This document shows, piece by piece, positions 14,470 to 27,700 of a stretch of DNA of 64,000 bases (position 1 is its first letter; each line of letters opens with the position of its first letter). Below the pieces are notes generated by a model. It ran no database searches, was not told where the DNA came from, and saw only the letters and a program-made list of their open reading frames with translations. The DNA is from Octopus vulgaris (lineage: Eukaryota). The DNA is taken from assembly GCA_951406725.2 (NCBI GenBank), contig OX597821.1, forward strand, positions 112,716,001 through 112,780,000. Direction: 5' to 3'. A program made the translations under genes and the position numbers.

Positions 14470-14507
14470 TCTTTCTGTTGAAGAGCGTAGGCTCGAAACG
14501 TAAAAGA
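14470..14507 (+). ncRNA. Minimal hammerhead-like motif (core variant CTGTTGA) in an island (14391-14605) flanked by (TA)n
   Basis: tcttt-CTGTTGA-a-gagc gtag gctc-GAA-ACGT-A-aaaga: perfect stems I and II, palindromic stem III, A6 position changed to U. Confidence 0.65.
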
Positions 14508-14603
14508 CTTGTTTTATTTATATTCCTGAGCGCCATACTAATACAATTGTTTGTTTATATTCCACCTGCCTTCGTCTTTTGTTTATTTTCATAAAGCTTC
14601 CCG

Positions 14604-14640
<37 letters not shown>

Positions 14641-14659
14641 TATAATATATATATATATA

Positions 14660-14971
14660 GGCGCAGGAGTGGCTGTGTGGTAAGTAGCTTGCTAACCAAC
14701 CACATGGTTCCGGGTTCAGTCCCACTGCGTGGCATCTTGGGCAAGTGTCTTCTGCTATAGCCCCTGACCGACCAATGCCTTGTGAGCCTGTCTTATATAT
14801 GTATATATATGTATATATGTGTATGTGTGTGTGTTTGTCCCCCAACATCGCTTGACAACCGATGCTGGTGTGTTTACGTCCCCGTCACTTAGCGGTTCGG
14901 CAAAAGAGACCGATAGAATAAGTACTGGACTGAAACAAGTTAATGACTGAAACAAGTTAAAGAGTAAAAGA

Positions 14972-14974
<3 letters not shown>
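14660..14974 (+). mobile_element. tRNA/CORE-type SINE with internal (TA/TG)n (second CORE family)
   Basis: ggcgcaggagtggctgtgtggtaag...gggttcagtcccactgcgtggcatcttgggcaagtgtcttc, 3' part gtgtttacgtccccgtcacttagcggttcggcaaaagagaccgatag, tail taaaagagtaaaagag. Other pieces near 2030-2090, 19380-19460, 24715-24915, 29160-29495, 49915-50210, 59965-60030. Confidence 0.85.
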
Positions 14975-15048
<74 letters not shown>

Positions 15049-15717
15049 AAAAGAGAAAGAGAGAGAGAGTGAGATAAAGAGACATATTATATACATGCGT
15101 GTATATTAGTATACCTCTGTGCGTAGGTGTGTATGCGTGAGCGTGTCTATGCACTTATGTGTGTATGTCTCCATATGTGTACATACACATATATACAAAT
15201 ACAAACGCATACACATCTGTGCATCACAGATACATACATGCATACTTATATATATATGTGTGCGTATATATATATATCACTTTTGTATCTCATTTTTTCG
15301 CTCTTTATCTCTCGTCCTCTCATTCTCTTTATATATATATGTAGAGAGAGAGACAGAGAGAGAAAGAGAAAGGGAGGGACGGTTAGGGGGTGTAGTAAAA
15401 TAGATAAAGCCATTTAGGCTTCTCATAATTTTCTTTTGCTATCTTTTTTTCTTTATTTTTTAATCTGTATTTCTCGTACTTCATGCAAGTACACGTCTCA
15501 AGCCTACCCGTGTTTCTCTTCCTGACTGTGTCTATAACAACAGCTCGATAAGAATTTTTCTTATAGCCGACTGTTCTTTTATTCTTCTTTGATGTTGAAT
15601 CGCCGACCCTCAGTGAAGAAGAAGAAGAAGAAGCTGGAGTTTAAGTTCCCATCCATTTTTCAGCACTATGCTGTGTTATCTGTATTAAGCTTATTTTCCT
15701 TTCATCAATTCACTCTG

Positions 15718-15844
<127 letters not shown>

Positions 15845-15845
15845 A

Positions 15846-15952
<107 letters not shown>

Positions 15953-16902
15953 GTGTGTATCTATCTATCTGTATGTATGTATGTATGTATGGATGGATGG
16001 ATGGATGAATGGATGAATGGACTGACTCATTTGCTTGGAACGAATAAATAATCATTTGTACTACGTGTATTGAGTTCTTTCACACACACACACACATACA
16101 CACCCACACTCACTCACACACACACACACACACACACTCAAACACGCACGCCTACACACACACACACTCATCAATTACTATGAGGCTGAAGTGTTTGATA
16201 GACACATACACCACACATTTACGTATATATGTGTGTGTGTATTTACGTATATTTATGCTTGACTATATGCATGTACTTACGTATGTATTATATACGTATG
16301 TGTGTATGACACCGAATGAGGGAGGAGGTGGAGAGATAGAGTGTAATGGCCGAATAAGTAAACAACATGTGTAAAGAAAGTGAATTATATATCTGATGGC
16401 TCTCTCTGCGTCATTTTGTGAACGTATCATCCATAAATCTTGAAGGTAGATTGGCACGCTGTATTTCTTTAGGATAAATCGATATTTTATGATTTATTTA
16501 TGTAAGTTTTATGATTTGACCATATCAGAAAAATCACTTTAGTAAATAAGGCTTGCAGCCTTGAAATTCGTTTTACTTTTGCGTACGTTGGTTGGTTGTT
16601 TCAACACACAAACTCTCTTGCAGTCTTCTTATACACTTGCTCGTTAACTAAAAAGATATTTGCTTAAGAAAGCAACCCTAATGTTTAATATGTGTTTCTC
16701 ATAGACTTGATGAGCAATGTCTGTTACTATGTCAACCAAATGAAAAGAGACTGGCCAATGCTACATATTTTTCTCCTGTCGGCCTCAAAACTTTCCAGTA
16801 AAACTTTACAAGTTTTACATACAATTTCCGGTAAAAATTTCAAAATTTTTATGCAAGAGTCATTAAAAATTTCTCAGTTGTTATACTGTTTCCAGTAAAA
16901 AT

Positions 16903-17350
16903 GGATCTTTTCGGTTTGAACGGCAGTTTTTAACATAATTTCTAAGTAACTAAAAAACTTTAAACTTCGTATACTGGTAGAATGTGTTTATAAAACATCT
17001 TTTTCTCTTGGCTTTATTGAGAAAATTCTATGGTTTGTAAGATATTTGTTGTTTTTTTCTTCAATTTCTGCAATTTCAACCAATCACTGACGTCTATTGA
17101 GATAAAAAACATTCCGTGCCGTATGATTATATGTCCCTCGTGTAAGAAACAGATTGGGTTTATTTACATTTGTAAAGAAAAAAAGATAACCTTCCCCCCA
17201 CCCCTAACCCTAACTAATCCTAACTAATCCTAACTAACCCTAACCCTAAAACAGATTGAAATGCAATAGATCGATACTAGGGTCATAATTACGGGTGACA
17301 ATTTCATATGACACCGCTAGAAAAAACTGCCGTTGAAACCGAAAAGATCT
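16903..17350. mobile_element. Non-autonomous DNA transposon (MITE), about 28-bp TIRs, 8-bp TSD, internal (CCCTAA)-type repeats
   Basis: Left ggatcttttcggtttgaacggcagttttt, right aaaaaactgccgttgaaaccgaaaagatct. GTAAAAAT is duplicated at 16895-16902 and 17351-17358. Confidence 0.92.
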
Positions 17351-18258
17351 GTAAAAATTTAACAATTTTTACACGATTGCCTCTAAAAACTTTATTTTTA
17401 CACTTTTCCCGGGAAAAGTATCCCAATTTTTACAGAAAAATTGAAAAATCTTACTTTTGGTTCACCATCTTTTCCAAAAGTAATCTTAATCGTTAATCTA
17501 TGCAACGTCTATGAATTCATATACTTGCATGCATTTACATGTGCGTGTGAATTCACGCGTGTATGTTTGTATAAATGTTAATTATATATTTAAAAATATA
17601 TATAAATCTTTTTACTTAGAGGAAAAAAAAATATAAGAAATAAGAAAAGACGGGCGGAGGAGATAGGTTTCAAAACCTCATCTAAACACACTTCGCTCGT
17701 TTTTCTGATTGATCCGCACATTTTTGACAACATTAAAAATTGGTTCTTCCGTTTTGTGAGAAAAGTTTTTTCGTCATAAAATCTTCTATCAAAGTTATTT
17801 TATGACGCTGTCATTCGTAGGAATGGGTGGCAAATCACAGAACACCAAGCAGGCAGGCGATTCTGATTAGAATATCCAGAGAGTTCTTCATTTCAATTTT
17901 GGTTTGGTTTTCGCATGAATTTTTATTATTATTATTTCTTTTTACGCAAGTTTTTGATTTGATTTTTATGACAGTAATTTCCACAACGTTTTGATGTAAC
18001 AACTAGCGGTGATGGTTGTCCTGTTTGACAAGATTTTAATTAGCTAAATGTTCTTCTGCTTTGATAAAGTACTACCAATCACTTCACCTTCACAGTAGGG
18101 AACGGTCTTGAATAGTTTTACACTAAATTTAACTGTTCATTAGCAATATGTTGAAACTCATCAAAATCCTGTTTTATGCAACACGAAAAGGCAAATTTAT
18201 TACACGGGAATGCTGTTGCAGTTTCTGTTAACATCGTTGTTGTAGTTGTTGTTGTTGC

Positions 18259-18290
<32 letters not shown>

Positions 18291-20461
18291 CTTCTACTTC
18301 TATTCCTTCAGCTTTTGCTGTCGTTGTTGATTTTGTTTTAGGTGAGAATCATTCCTGCCAGCTCTGTTTAAACAGACATTACGGCACCGTGGCTGCTGAA
18401 TGAAGAGAATATTCCGTCACCGTTTCCCCGCTGTCACCATATCATAATTAAAATATTGGCCGCATTTTTAGATAAAAAGCGTAGAGTTTTAGAGCAATAT
18501 TTCGTTTCTGTTTCGAATTAAGTCAAAATGGATGTTTCTAAGCGTATGTGATGATTGCACAAAATAGAACAGAGACACCACAGATGTTTAAAGAGTCTGT
18601 ATTATCCCTTAGAAGTATAGGACGAGGTTTTGCATTGCAACAGCTTAAAAGTACGGTGTCACTGGTATAGAAACGCGATTCTGGCTCATTTAGTGGGGTG
18701 AGATCACGAATTGTAAATTGAATTTGTACGCTTAGTCGATAAGTGTTCTGAATCAAATCCTGTTTATAAAATCAGCCATTTTTTAAAAATAAAAAACGGT
18801 CAGAAAAGACGCAATTTGCAATACAGCGTCGGCACACCATACACACTTCAAAATTAAATGTGAAACCGGTTAAGCGTGTGTGTGTGTGGGTGGTTCTGAA
18901 AACCAATGCTTTTACCAATAACACCCCTATTATCACCACCACTACAACCACCTCAACTATCAGTGTCATTACTACCACCGCTCTTTCCCATCATCACCAC
19001 CATCACCACTATCGTCCCACCACCATCACCACCAATACGACCGCTATCGTCACATTATCGAAGTCACTACTCTATTATCCCAATTTAAAGTAATGGTGAT
19101 TGCTGACTTCCCAAGTCGTCATTCTCATTATATTTGCCACCACCAACAGCAACAATAACACCAACAACAACAGCCGTATAATTAGCACCATCTCCGCCAC
19201 AAATCTGTCTCGTCTCTCACATTCACCCAACTACCACGCAGCTAGCTCTGCTGACAGGAACCAACATGGAAGCCAAGCGCTTACATAGTCACAAGGCGTA
19301 CTAAATGTAGCACCTGGATTTCCCTCATATTACATCCGATCGTCTTTTTTAATACAACAAAAATTAACGAAACCTCATTTGAAACAAAATCTATTTGTCG
19401 ACTTTTTTTCAAGGCGAGTGCCCCAGTATGACCGCAGCTCAATGAGTGAAATAATTAAAAGAATCTTTTCTTCTCTAGGCACAAGACCCGAAATTTTTGG
19501 GAAGGAGGCCAGTCGATTAAATCGACCCCAGTGGTACTTAATTTATCGACCCCGAAAGGATGAAAAGCAGAGTCGACCTCGGCGGAATTTGAACTCAGAA
19601 CGTAATAAGTAAAAGAATAAAGGCACAAATACAAAGGGATAATGTATTCCTAGATGTACTATGCCAGAAAAATATTAATAACAGGTGAGGGTAGTCACGG
19701 ATGGGATGGCTTTTGATTATAAATCAGCTCGGAAGTAGTGTTTATTAGTCATCCTTTCAAGGCGATGCCCCAGCATGACCGCGGTTTAGACTAAAAAAAA
19801 TACAGCGGATAATGCAGTATTTTATGTACTATGCTTGAATAAAATTTAAAAAATAATAATAAAGAATGGTGGTTGTCACGGTTGGGATGTGTTCTGATTA
19901 TAAATCTACTCGATATGAGCTGACTTGGGGGTTTAACAACAGGATAAACAACAACAAAAATGAAGAGCAACAAAAACGACAGCAACATGCAACTACGATG
20001 ACGACGACGACGACGTCAACAACGTCGCTAAAACCGGTTGTTGTCTCTCGTATCTTGTCTTGCCACCGGATATAGATGGCTTCCAGCAATTGAGAAAGGT
20101 TGATGTATATAAACAGTAAATTTGCAAATCTCTGATGAGTCATCTGCTATTGCTATTTGCTGTGTCAGTGCATGATACATTATTGTTATCTCTCTACTCG
20201 TCTTTCTACTCTCTCTTTTTACTACCTCCGCCTCCCTCCTTCCACCCGTCTCTTTTGCCTTCTGCCTTTTGCCTTCTGCCCCCCCTCTCTCTCTCTCTCC
20301 CTCTCTCTGTTTTTCTCTTTTCTCAGACAGACGCCATGGTTATTTTAGCGTTTTATCATCATCTCGTTTCAGCTTTAGAACAGCATATCTTCCAAAACAA
20401 ACAACTAAATTATCATCTTAGAGTGGGGTTTGTTCTCGTTATCATCAACATGAGCCGAACG

Positions 20462-20492
<31 letters not shown>

Positions 20493-21106
20493 AAACACTT
20501 GCACTCGTGTACAACACACATGTACACGTGTATATATGCAACAAAATCTCCATAAAGAAGAAACCCCTAGTCAGAATTAGAATCCCAATGAAGAACAATC
20601 ACGCGATATCCATGTTCGGTATAATATATACAGGAAAGCCGCCATAAACTAAGAAGTGAAAAACACCTAAACAGAATTAACCCTACAAGAAACAGAATGA
20701 AGGATAACTTAGAAACCACGAGAACACAAAATACGAAAGACTCGCTGTCAAATAAGCAAGGATATGAAAAGTATTAATCTCATCTGCTGGCTAACGGATA
20801 TCATTACAGTTTCGACACCTGGGCAGGACCACTCAGCCCGGCTGTGTCAGTAGCGTTAAAAACATAAATACTGTCTGGGAATTAATAGACAAGAAGAAGA
20901 GTCCTGATTGTGGTGCAATGTGTCCATTATATCTACATCTGTTTATTGTTACAAAACAGAAATAAAAAACAACAAATTTCAAACATAAATCGTTATATAC
21001 TTATAGCTATGAAGCATAGAAATTAAAGAATATAATATAGGAAACAAAGAAATGTCTTCAAAACTGCCACTGCCACTCCAAGAACTATAGAACTTATATA
21101 TCCCTC

Positions 21107-21648
21107 TGGTACTCCGTCGTTTACGACGACGGGGGTTCCAGTTGATCCGATCTACAGAACATCCTGCTCGTGAAAGTAGCATGAAAATGTCTGAGCACTC
21201 CACAGACATATGTACCCTTAACGTAGTTCTCAAGGTGATTCAGCATGATACAGAGTGTGACAAAGCTGGCCCTTTGAAATATAGGTACAGTAATCCCTCG
21301 CCATATCGCGGTTCACCTATCGCGGTTTATTATTTAAGCTTACGGTGATTCCTCCAGGGTGTTGTTTTGCATTTATAAAATTAATATATACAAATCATAA
21401 AAATAATTTTTATAAAAATACAGTAGAGTACTGTTTCTACTTCGCGGATTTTCACCTATCGCGGGGGTTTTAGGAACGTAACACCCGCGATAATCGAAGG
21501 ATTGCTGTATTACTCACTGTTTCTAGCTGAGTGAATTACAGCAGCGTGGAATAAAAGGTCTTGCTCAACGACACAATGCGTCACCGAGAATCAAACTGAC
21601 GACCTTATGATCGTGCGTTGAACACCCTAACAACTAAGCTACGTGTCT
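21107..21648 (-). mobile_element. tRNA/CORE-type SINE (head A + tail X) interrupted by a MITE
   Basis: Collinear with 10234-10541 once 21288-21509 is removed. Confidence 0.85.
21288..21507. mobile_element. pogo/Tigger-like MITE with TA target duplication
   Basis: TA|cagtaatccctcgccatatcgcgg ... ccgcgataatcgaaggattgctg|TA. The uninterrupted site is visible in the 10.4-kb SINE copy. Confidence 0.85.
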
Positions 21649-21678
21649 TCACAGAACTTATGTTTTCACGCTTATATT

Positions 21679-22040
21679 GTGGCCCTCCGTCGGTTACGAC
21701 GACGAGGGTTCCAGTTGATCCGATCAACGAAACAGCCTGCACGTGAAATTAACGTGCAAGTGGCTGAGCACTCCACAGACATGTGTACCCTTAACGTAGT
21801 TCTCGGGGAGATTCAGCGTGACACAGAGCGTGATAAGGCTGGCCCTTTGAAATACAGGCACAATAGAAACAGGGAGAAAAAGTGAAAGAATGTTGTGGTG
21901 AAAGAGTTCAGCAGGATTCACCACCACCCGCTGCCGTAGATTCGCGGAGCTTTAGGTGTTTTCACTTAATCATCACTCAGAACGCCCGGTCTGGGAATCG
22001 AAACCGCGAGTCCGCTGCCCTAACACTGGGCCATTGCGCT
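21679..22040 (-). mobile_element. tRNA-headed SINE (head B + tail X)
   Basis: Reverse complement matches 36817-37182. Confidence 0.88.
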
Positions 22041-22701
22041 TCCACACATACTTATATACACACACACGTGCAGAGAGAAGGGAGTTTCGTATTTGTTACT
22101 TTCTTCACAAAGCAAAGTGACTTTCTTGACATAAAAATGGACAAAATTTGTATAATTAATATTTATAAAAATCGTTTTATCGAAACATTATATACGCATA
22201 TATTTTTTTCCTAGTAAATCTTTCCCAAATTAAGACGTTGTTTCGCATCTCTTTGTCTGGCTCTGTACTTTTATGCATATTAATTTTAATTTTATCCACT
22301 TTTTCATTAGCTGTCAAGACTTGATTGAGTTCTGTTCGTCTCGAAACAACCATTGGTCTCAAACCTATAACTAATTAGTCAGAAAGCAATCATAAAAAAA
22401 AAACCCAGCTTACATCTCTTGTGGGTTTGTCAATGGAAAGAAACATATAAATAAATAACTCTCTATGGTTGTCACCTTCTTTTTTTTCGTTCTTCTCCTC
22501 TTTCTTATTGTCTTTAATTCTCTCTTTTCCTCATCTTTTACTTCTTCGTTCTTTATATTCATTGTTCCCCCGTTTTAAGTGAGTCGCTTCTAATATTGAC
22601 AACTCATATGTCTCTATTACCCAACGGTAAATATTGTATGGTTTCCCATTTTTAATATTACTTCATTTCAATATTCTACCTTGGTCAGCCTCTTGCTCTC
22701 C

Positions 22702-22748
<47 letters not shown>

Positions 22749-23151
22749 ATCTATCTATCTATTTATCTATCTAGTTATCTGGCTAGCTAGCTCACACATA
22801 CTCTGTGTCTCCCTTCTCTCTACCTTTCTCTAGCTCTCTTTTCTCTTTCTACCTATCTAGCTAACACACACACATATATACCTACACACAGACACACAGA
22901 CACAAACTCACACATACACATATGTCTATCTCACAGTTTACCTCTGTCTTTTTGTCTCTCTATCACAACGATACGAACACGCACACAGGCGCGCGCACAC
23001 ACACTCATATATACATACATACATGCATACATGCATACATAAATGTCCATCCGTCTATTTATCTATCAATCTATCTATTAATGTCTATCTATCTGTCTAG
23101 TTATCTATCCATCGATCTATCTATCTGTCTATCGATCTATCTGTCTGTCTA

Positions 23152-23189
<38 letters not shown>

Positions 23190-23205
23190 GATATATATAT
23201 ATATA

Positions 23206-23276
<71 letters not shown>

Positions 23277-23295
23277 GTCTGTCTGTCTGTATGTA

Positions 23296-23344
<49 letters not shown>

Positions 23345-23384
23345 ATCTATCTGTCTATCTATCTATCTACCTATCTATCTATCC

Positions 23385-23433
<49 letters not shown>

Positions 23434-23744
23434 CCTGTCTGTCTATCTATTTATCCACTCATCTCTGTGGAACCAATATCTTTAAGAAATATTAGAAAAT
23501 TGACGTCGCAAAACAATTTGTTGATTGATATATGTGACGGCTGTCGCACTTCGCCTCATCACCACCACCACCACCATCACTTTCAACACTACCACCACCA
23601 CCACCACCGCTACTACTACTACTACTACTACTACTGCAAAGATTACTACAATCGCTACCACTAATACTACTACAACAACAACCATCACCACTTAATGACA
23701 ACGACCGTGACAACCACGACGACGTCAACCACCACCACCACCAA

Positions 23745-23786
<42 letters not shown>

Positions 23787-24270
23787 AACATTTTCTGCTG
23801 ATGAGTTTTGTCTTTTTTCAAAAGACACTAAACCCGATAAGGGAGTTTCTTGGTTTTAAGAATTGGAAGGACATCAGCATGAACGTCCTCTATAGAACGT
23901 GAGACGGAAGCACCTCTTGCATTTTACCCGGCTATTGCTGTGGGTGGGTGGGGGGTTTACTAAAGCTAGTCAAATGGTAATGGGCTCTTCATGTATTTAA
24001 TGTTTTACCCGTTTATCTTTCTATTCCAATTGTGGTTTTGATTTGGTACGCGTTGTGCGTTTGTGAGTGAAACATTCAGCAAAATATCGTGAACCCCCGA
24101 AGCTGTTTTGTGCCGCAACCCGCGCATGCGGATGTGTGCAAACGTGCGTGCATACAGATATGCATGCACAGATATACATAGATATATATATATAAGAAGA
24201 TGTATATGTGTGTATGTGTACGTATGTGTATGTATATATGTATGTACACGCACACATATACAAATCTATA

Positions 24271-24557
24271 ATGACCATGGGATTGCACCTAGAAAGTTAC
24301 CCTCCTAGACACAAGTCCGGGCAAGGCTGTTTTCATGGAAGGCCAGCAGTCGCCCATGCATACCAGCCTCCCCTCTCCACGCCACCAGTGTTATCCAAGG
24401 GAAAGACAAAGGTCGATACAGCTTGGCACCAGTGACGTCGCAACTCATTTCTACAGTTGAGTGAACTGGAGCAACGTGAAATAAAGTGCCTTGCTCAAGA
24501 ACACAACACGCAGCCCGGTCCGGGATTCGAGCTCACAACCTCACGATCGTAAGCTCG
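24271..24557 (-). mobile_element. tRNA/CORE-type SINE (head A + tail Y), truncated at both ends, 23-bp flanking duplication
   Basis: Matches 48861-49199. acgcacacatatacaaatctata occurs at 24248-24270 and 24558-24580. Confidence 0.88.
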
Positions 24558-24575
24558 ACGCACACATATACAAAT

Positions 24576-24680
24576 CTATATATATATAAAACTGAGAGTG
24601 TCTGCCCGTCTGTCTTTCTGTATGTCTGTCTGTCAGTATAAGTGCATCACTAAAACTCGAGAACTACCGAATCGATATTA
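24576..24680 (+). mobile_element. Possible Helitron-type non-autonomous element 5' end
   Basis: a|TCtatatatatataaaactg followed by (gtct)n and cactaaaactcgagaactac, a layout typical of invertebrate Helitron-derived repeats. No 3' end identified. Confidence 0.45.
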
Positions 24681-24950
24681 TATATAGATATAATGTATGT
24701 GTTTGTGTGTCTGTATTTGTGTGTCTGTATATGTGTGTCCGATGTTGGTCTGTTTACGTCCCCGTAACTTAGCGGTTCGGCATATGAGACCGACAGGATG
24801 AGTACCAGTCGTGAAAAATTAAATAGGCATTATGGTCGATTCGTTCGACTAAAACATTTCGCGGCAGTACTCCAGAATGGTCGCAGTCCAATGACTGAAA
24901 CAAGTAAAAGATAAAACACATACACACACATACACACACACGCATACATA

Positions 24951-25166
24951 CAGGGTTGGCCAGAAGTCAACCGACAGTAAATGAAAATTCTATAAATACT
25001 CTCTGTAATTCTGTATTGATTCGAATGGAAATCTTTGTCACCCAAGAAGGACTTCAGTTTGGACAATTTTCATGATAATTCATATTTAGATACTTTTATT
25101 AAATTCATACTGTTCTTGGAATTAAATGGCTTTCATTTACTGTCAAGTGACTTTTGGCCAACCCTA
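24951..25166. mobile_element. Tc1/mariner-type MITE, about 36-bp TIRs, TA TSD
   Basis: TA|cagggttggccagaagtcaaccgacagtaaatgaaa ... tttcatttactgtcaagtgacttttggccaacccta|TA. Partial second copy at about 26514-26593. Confidence 0.88.
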
Positions 25167-25803
25167 TATCTAACATTTTTTTGCATATCCCATTTTCCCG
25201 AAGTGTTAGAACTCTATTGGTGCTTAGAGCGAGCAAATGCCGCTCTGTTACGTAATAAATGATCTTCAGAAGACTCAACCACTTGATAGTATTCCATATC
25301 TACTTCTCAAATGTTGTTTTTATTTTTGGTACTTCGGGGAAAATTTATACTTTGAGTTGACAATATTATATTACTGAAATTAATACGTAAAATGTTTGAC
25401 AACCAGCCTTTATTTAGATATTTTAACTGTACATATTATATATTATATATAGAAAACAAATATTGTATTAGATGTAATAAAATTTTATTCTATGATGAAA
25501 TAATCAAATATCGTTTGTAGAGACAGTTAACATTGCCAAGTCTCAGAAGAGTTAAATATATCGGGGTAAGGTAATAAATAAATATATAAATAAACGAATA
25601 AATAAACTGGATGATAAATGTATTAATGTTGCGTGTGGGTGTTTGTGTGTGTGTATGTGTGTGTGTGTATGTGTGTGTGTGTGCGTGCGTGCGTGTGTGT
25701 GTATAGCGTCTGATAAACAGGCTTTTTGTCATAAACTGCCATTTTTAATCTAACAAGATGTCGGTGATACTATTCATATATACAGATATACATACATGTG
25801 TGC

Positions 25804-25835
<32 letters not shown>

Positions 25836-26030
25836 GGAAACAGAGAGAGAGAGAGAGAGAGAGAGTGAGAGAGCTAGATAAATACATAGATAAACATGCA
25901 TATACACATATGTACGCTTAATACGTACATATAGGTACACATTGGTAGGGTATATATATACATACATACATGAATATGTATATGTATTTACATACATACA
26001 TATATATATATGTATATATGTATGTATATA

Positions 26031-26120
<90 letters not shown>

Positions 26121-26261
26121 CATACATATATATACATATATACATATATGCATATCTATGTATGTACGTTTGTATGTATAAATCAACTCTTTATAACTGC
26201 GCAAGAAACATGCATTTCAATATTTCCACAACTTTGTCCCCAACAAGCATGAAGGTACGTT

Positions 26262-26500
26262 GTCATTTGGTTAGTGTGTTGCACTCATAAATGTAAGATG
26301 GAGGTTTCGAATCCTCGATCGGGTGGTTACGTTATATTTTTGAGTAAAACACTTCATTTCAATTCACCCCAGTCCACTCGACTGAAAATAGGTAACCCTG
26401 CGATGGACTGGCGTTCGTTGAAGGAATCTGTTGTGATTTCGGTCACCAATACACCATGGAAACTGAGCAACTGGCCCTATGAGCCCTTGCTCTCGAGAAA
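26262..26500 (+). mobile_element. Degenerate tRNA/CORE-type SINE with a third tail (Z)
   Basis: ggtttcgaatcct (B box), tttgagtaaaacacttcatttca (CORE-like), then ggtaaccctgcgatggactggcgt. Confidence 0.6.
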
Positions 26501-26596
26501 TTATGTCAAAGAGGTGATAATTCATATTTAGATGCTTTTATTAAATTCATTCTGTTCTTGGAATTAAATGGCTTTCATTTACTGTCAAATGACGTC

Positions 26597-27700
26597 GTCC
26601 TCGACTGGAGCAGCAGTCGTTTGCCGCGTTGACTTCTGCAAGAAACTGGCTTCCTCTCAATTTAACGACCATCGTAAGGCGGCGAGCTGGCAGAAACGTT
26701 AGCAAGCCGGGCGAAATGCTTAGCGGTATTTCGTCTGCTGTTTCGTTCTGAGTTCAAATTCCGCCGAGGTCGACTTTGCGTTTCATCCTTTCGGGGTCGA
26801 TTAAAAGTTACGCACTGGGGTTGATATAATCAACTTAACCCTTTTATCTGTCCTTGTTTGTCCCCTCTATATTTAGCCCCTTGTGGGCAATAAAGAAATA
26901 AGAAACGTTAGCATACCTGGCGAAATGTTTAGCGGTATTTCGCCTGTCTTTACGTTCTGAGTTCAAAATCTGCCGAGGTCGACTTTGCCTTTCATCCTTT
27001 CGGGGGTGATAAATTAGGTACCAGTTGTGTACTGGGGTCAATCTAATCGACTGGCCCCCCTCCCCCAAAATTTCGGGCCTTGTGCCTAGAGTAGAAAAGA
27101 ATTTCACGACCACCGTTTCTATCAGAAACTTTCCAGAGAGAGTCTGTACCACAGTACACCAGATCACCTCCTTACATCCTCTTTTTCCTCACCAATCCTT
27201 ATCTTTAAAATACCCTCACCTTGCAGTACTTTACTTCTATGCATTTAGCAACATTATTCTACCCTAAAATCTGAATATCAAAGACTTTGGGTCAGTGGAT
27301 CTCAACATTTTTTTGCCATGACCCCCAGCAGTTGTTCTCCCATTACGTATCAAGAACATTAAGCAAATTCTCCACCACTTTATTTCATTTTCTTTCCCTT
27401 CTTGATCTATAAACGTAAAACACTTGCACCTCATCATCTCCCATGCTGATGGCTTTTTTTTTTAATCCCAACACCACGCCCGAAACAAGTACTTTTACAT
27501 TTATCCACCTCATCGAACTTGTCCTCGCCTTAAATTCCTTCTCACCCGCTGGTATTTCTATCAACAGATGAACAGAATAACTATGGGCACTGTAATGTGT
27601 CTCACGCCGGCTAACCTGTTTGTAGGACTACATTTCCAACCCAATATACGCGGCTGCCCTCGGAGTTATTCGGTCGGTATTTGTCGACTGCAACGATACG
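26597..27700 (+). pseudogene. Decayed Penelope-like element reverse transcriptase, interrupted by a SINE dimer
   Basis: Fragments in order: GAAVVCRVDFCKKLASSQFNDHR/FYQKL, LPLRIKNIKQIL, SINVKHLHLIISHADG, LIELVLALNSFS, FYQQMNRITMGTVMCLTPANLFVG, LFGRY. This follows the PLE RT order (KGGAVVV; LPSY.KDT; DV.SLYT.IPH..G; Y.Q..G.AMGT..P..ANLF.G; RYIDD). Confidence 0.82.
26676..27103 (+). mobile_element. SINE dimer: type I tail unit (...gggcaataaagaaata) joined to a type II unit
   Basis: Second unit starts agaaacgttagc at 26901. The whole is flanked by aattt.acgacca.cgt (26659-26675, 27100-27116; 2 mismatches). Confidence 0.88.

Noticed and set aside
17200-17249. True telomere or chromosome-fusion scar
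   Set aside because: Only a few degenerate units, enclosed within a TIR element with a TSD.
20800-20855. Minus-strand hairpin followed by GAAACTGTA, hammerhead-like
   Set aside because: No CUGANGA or compensated equivalent upstream, and no stem I.
20132-23810. Isolated CTGATGA words near 20132 and 23797
   Set aside because: No matching GAAA and stems; expected by chance.
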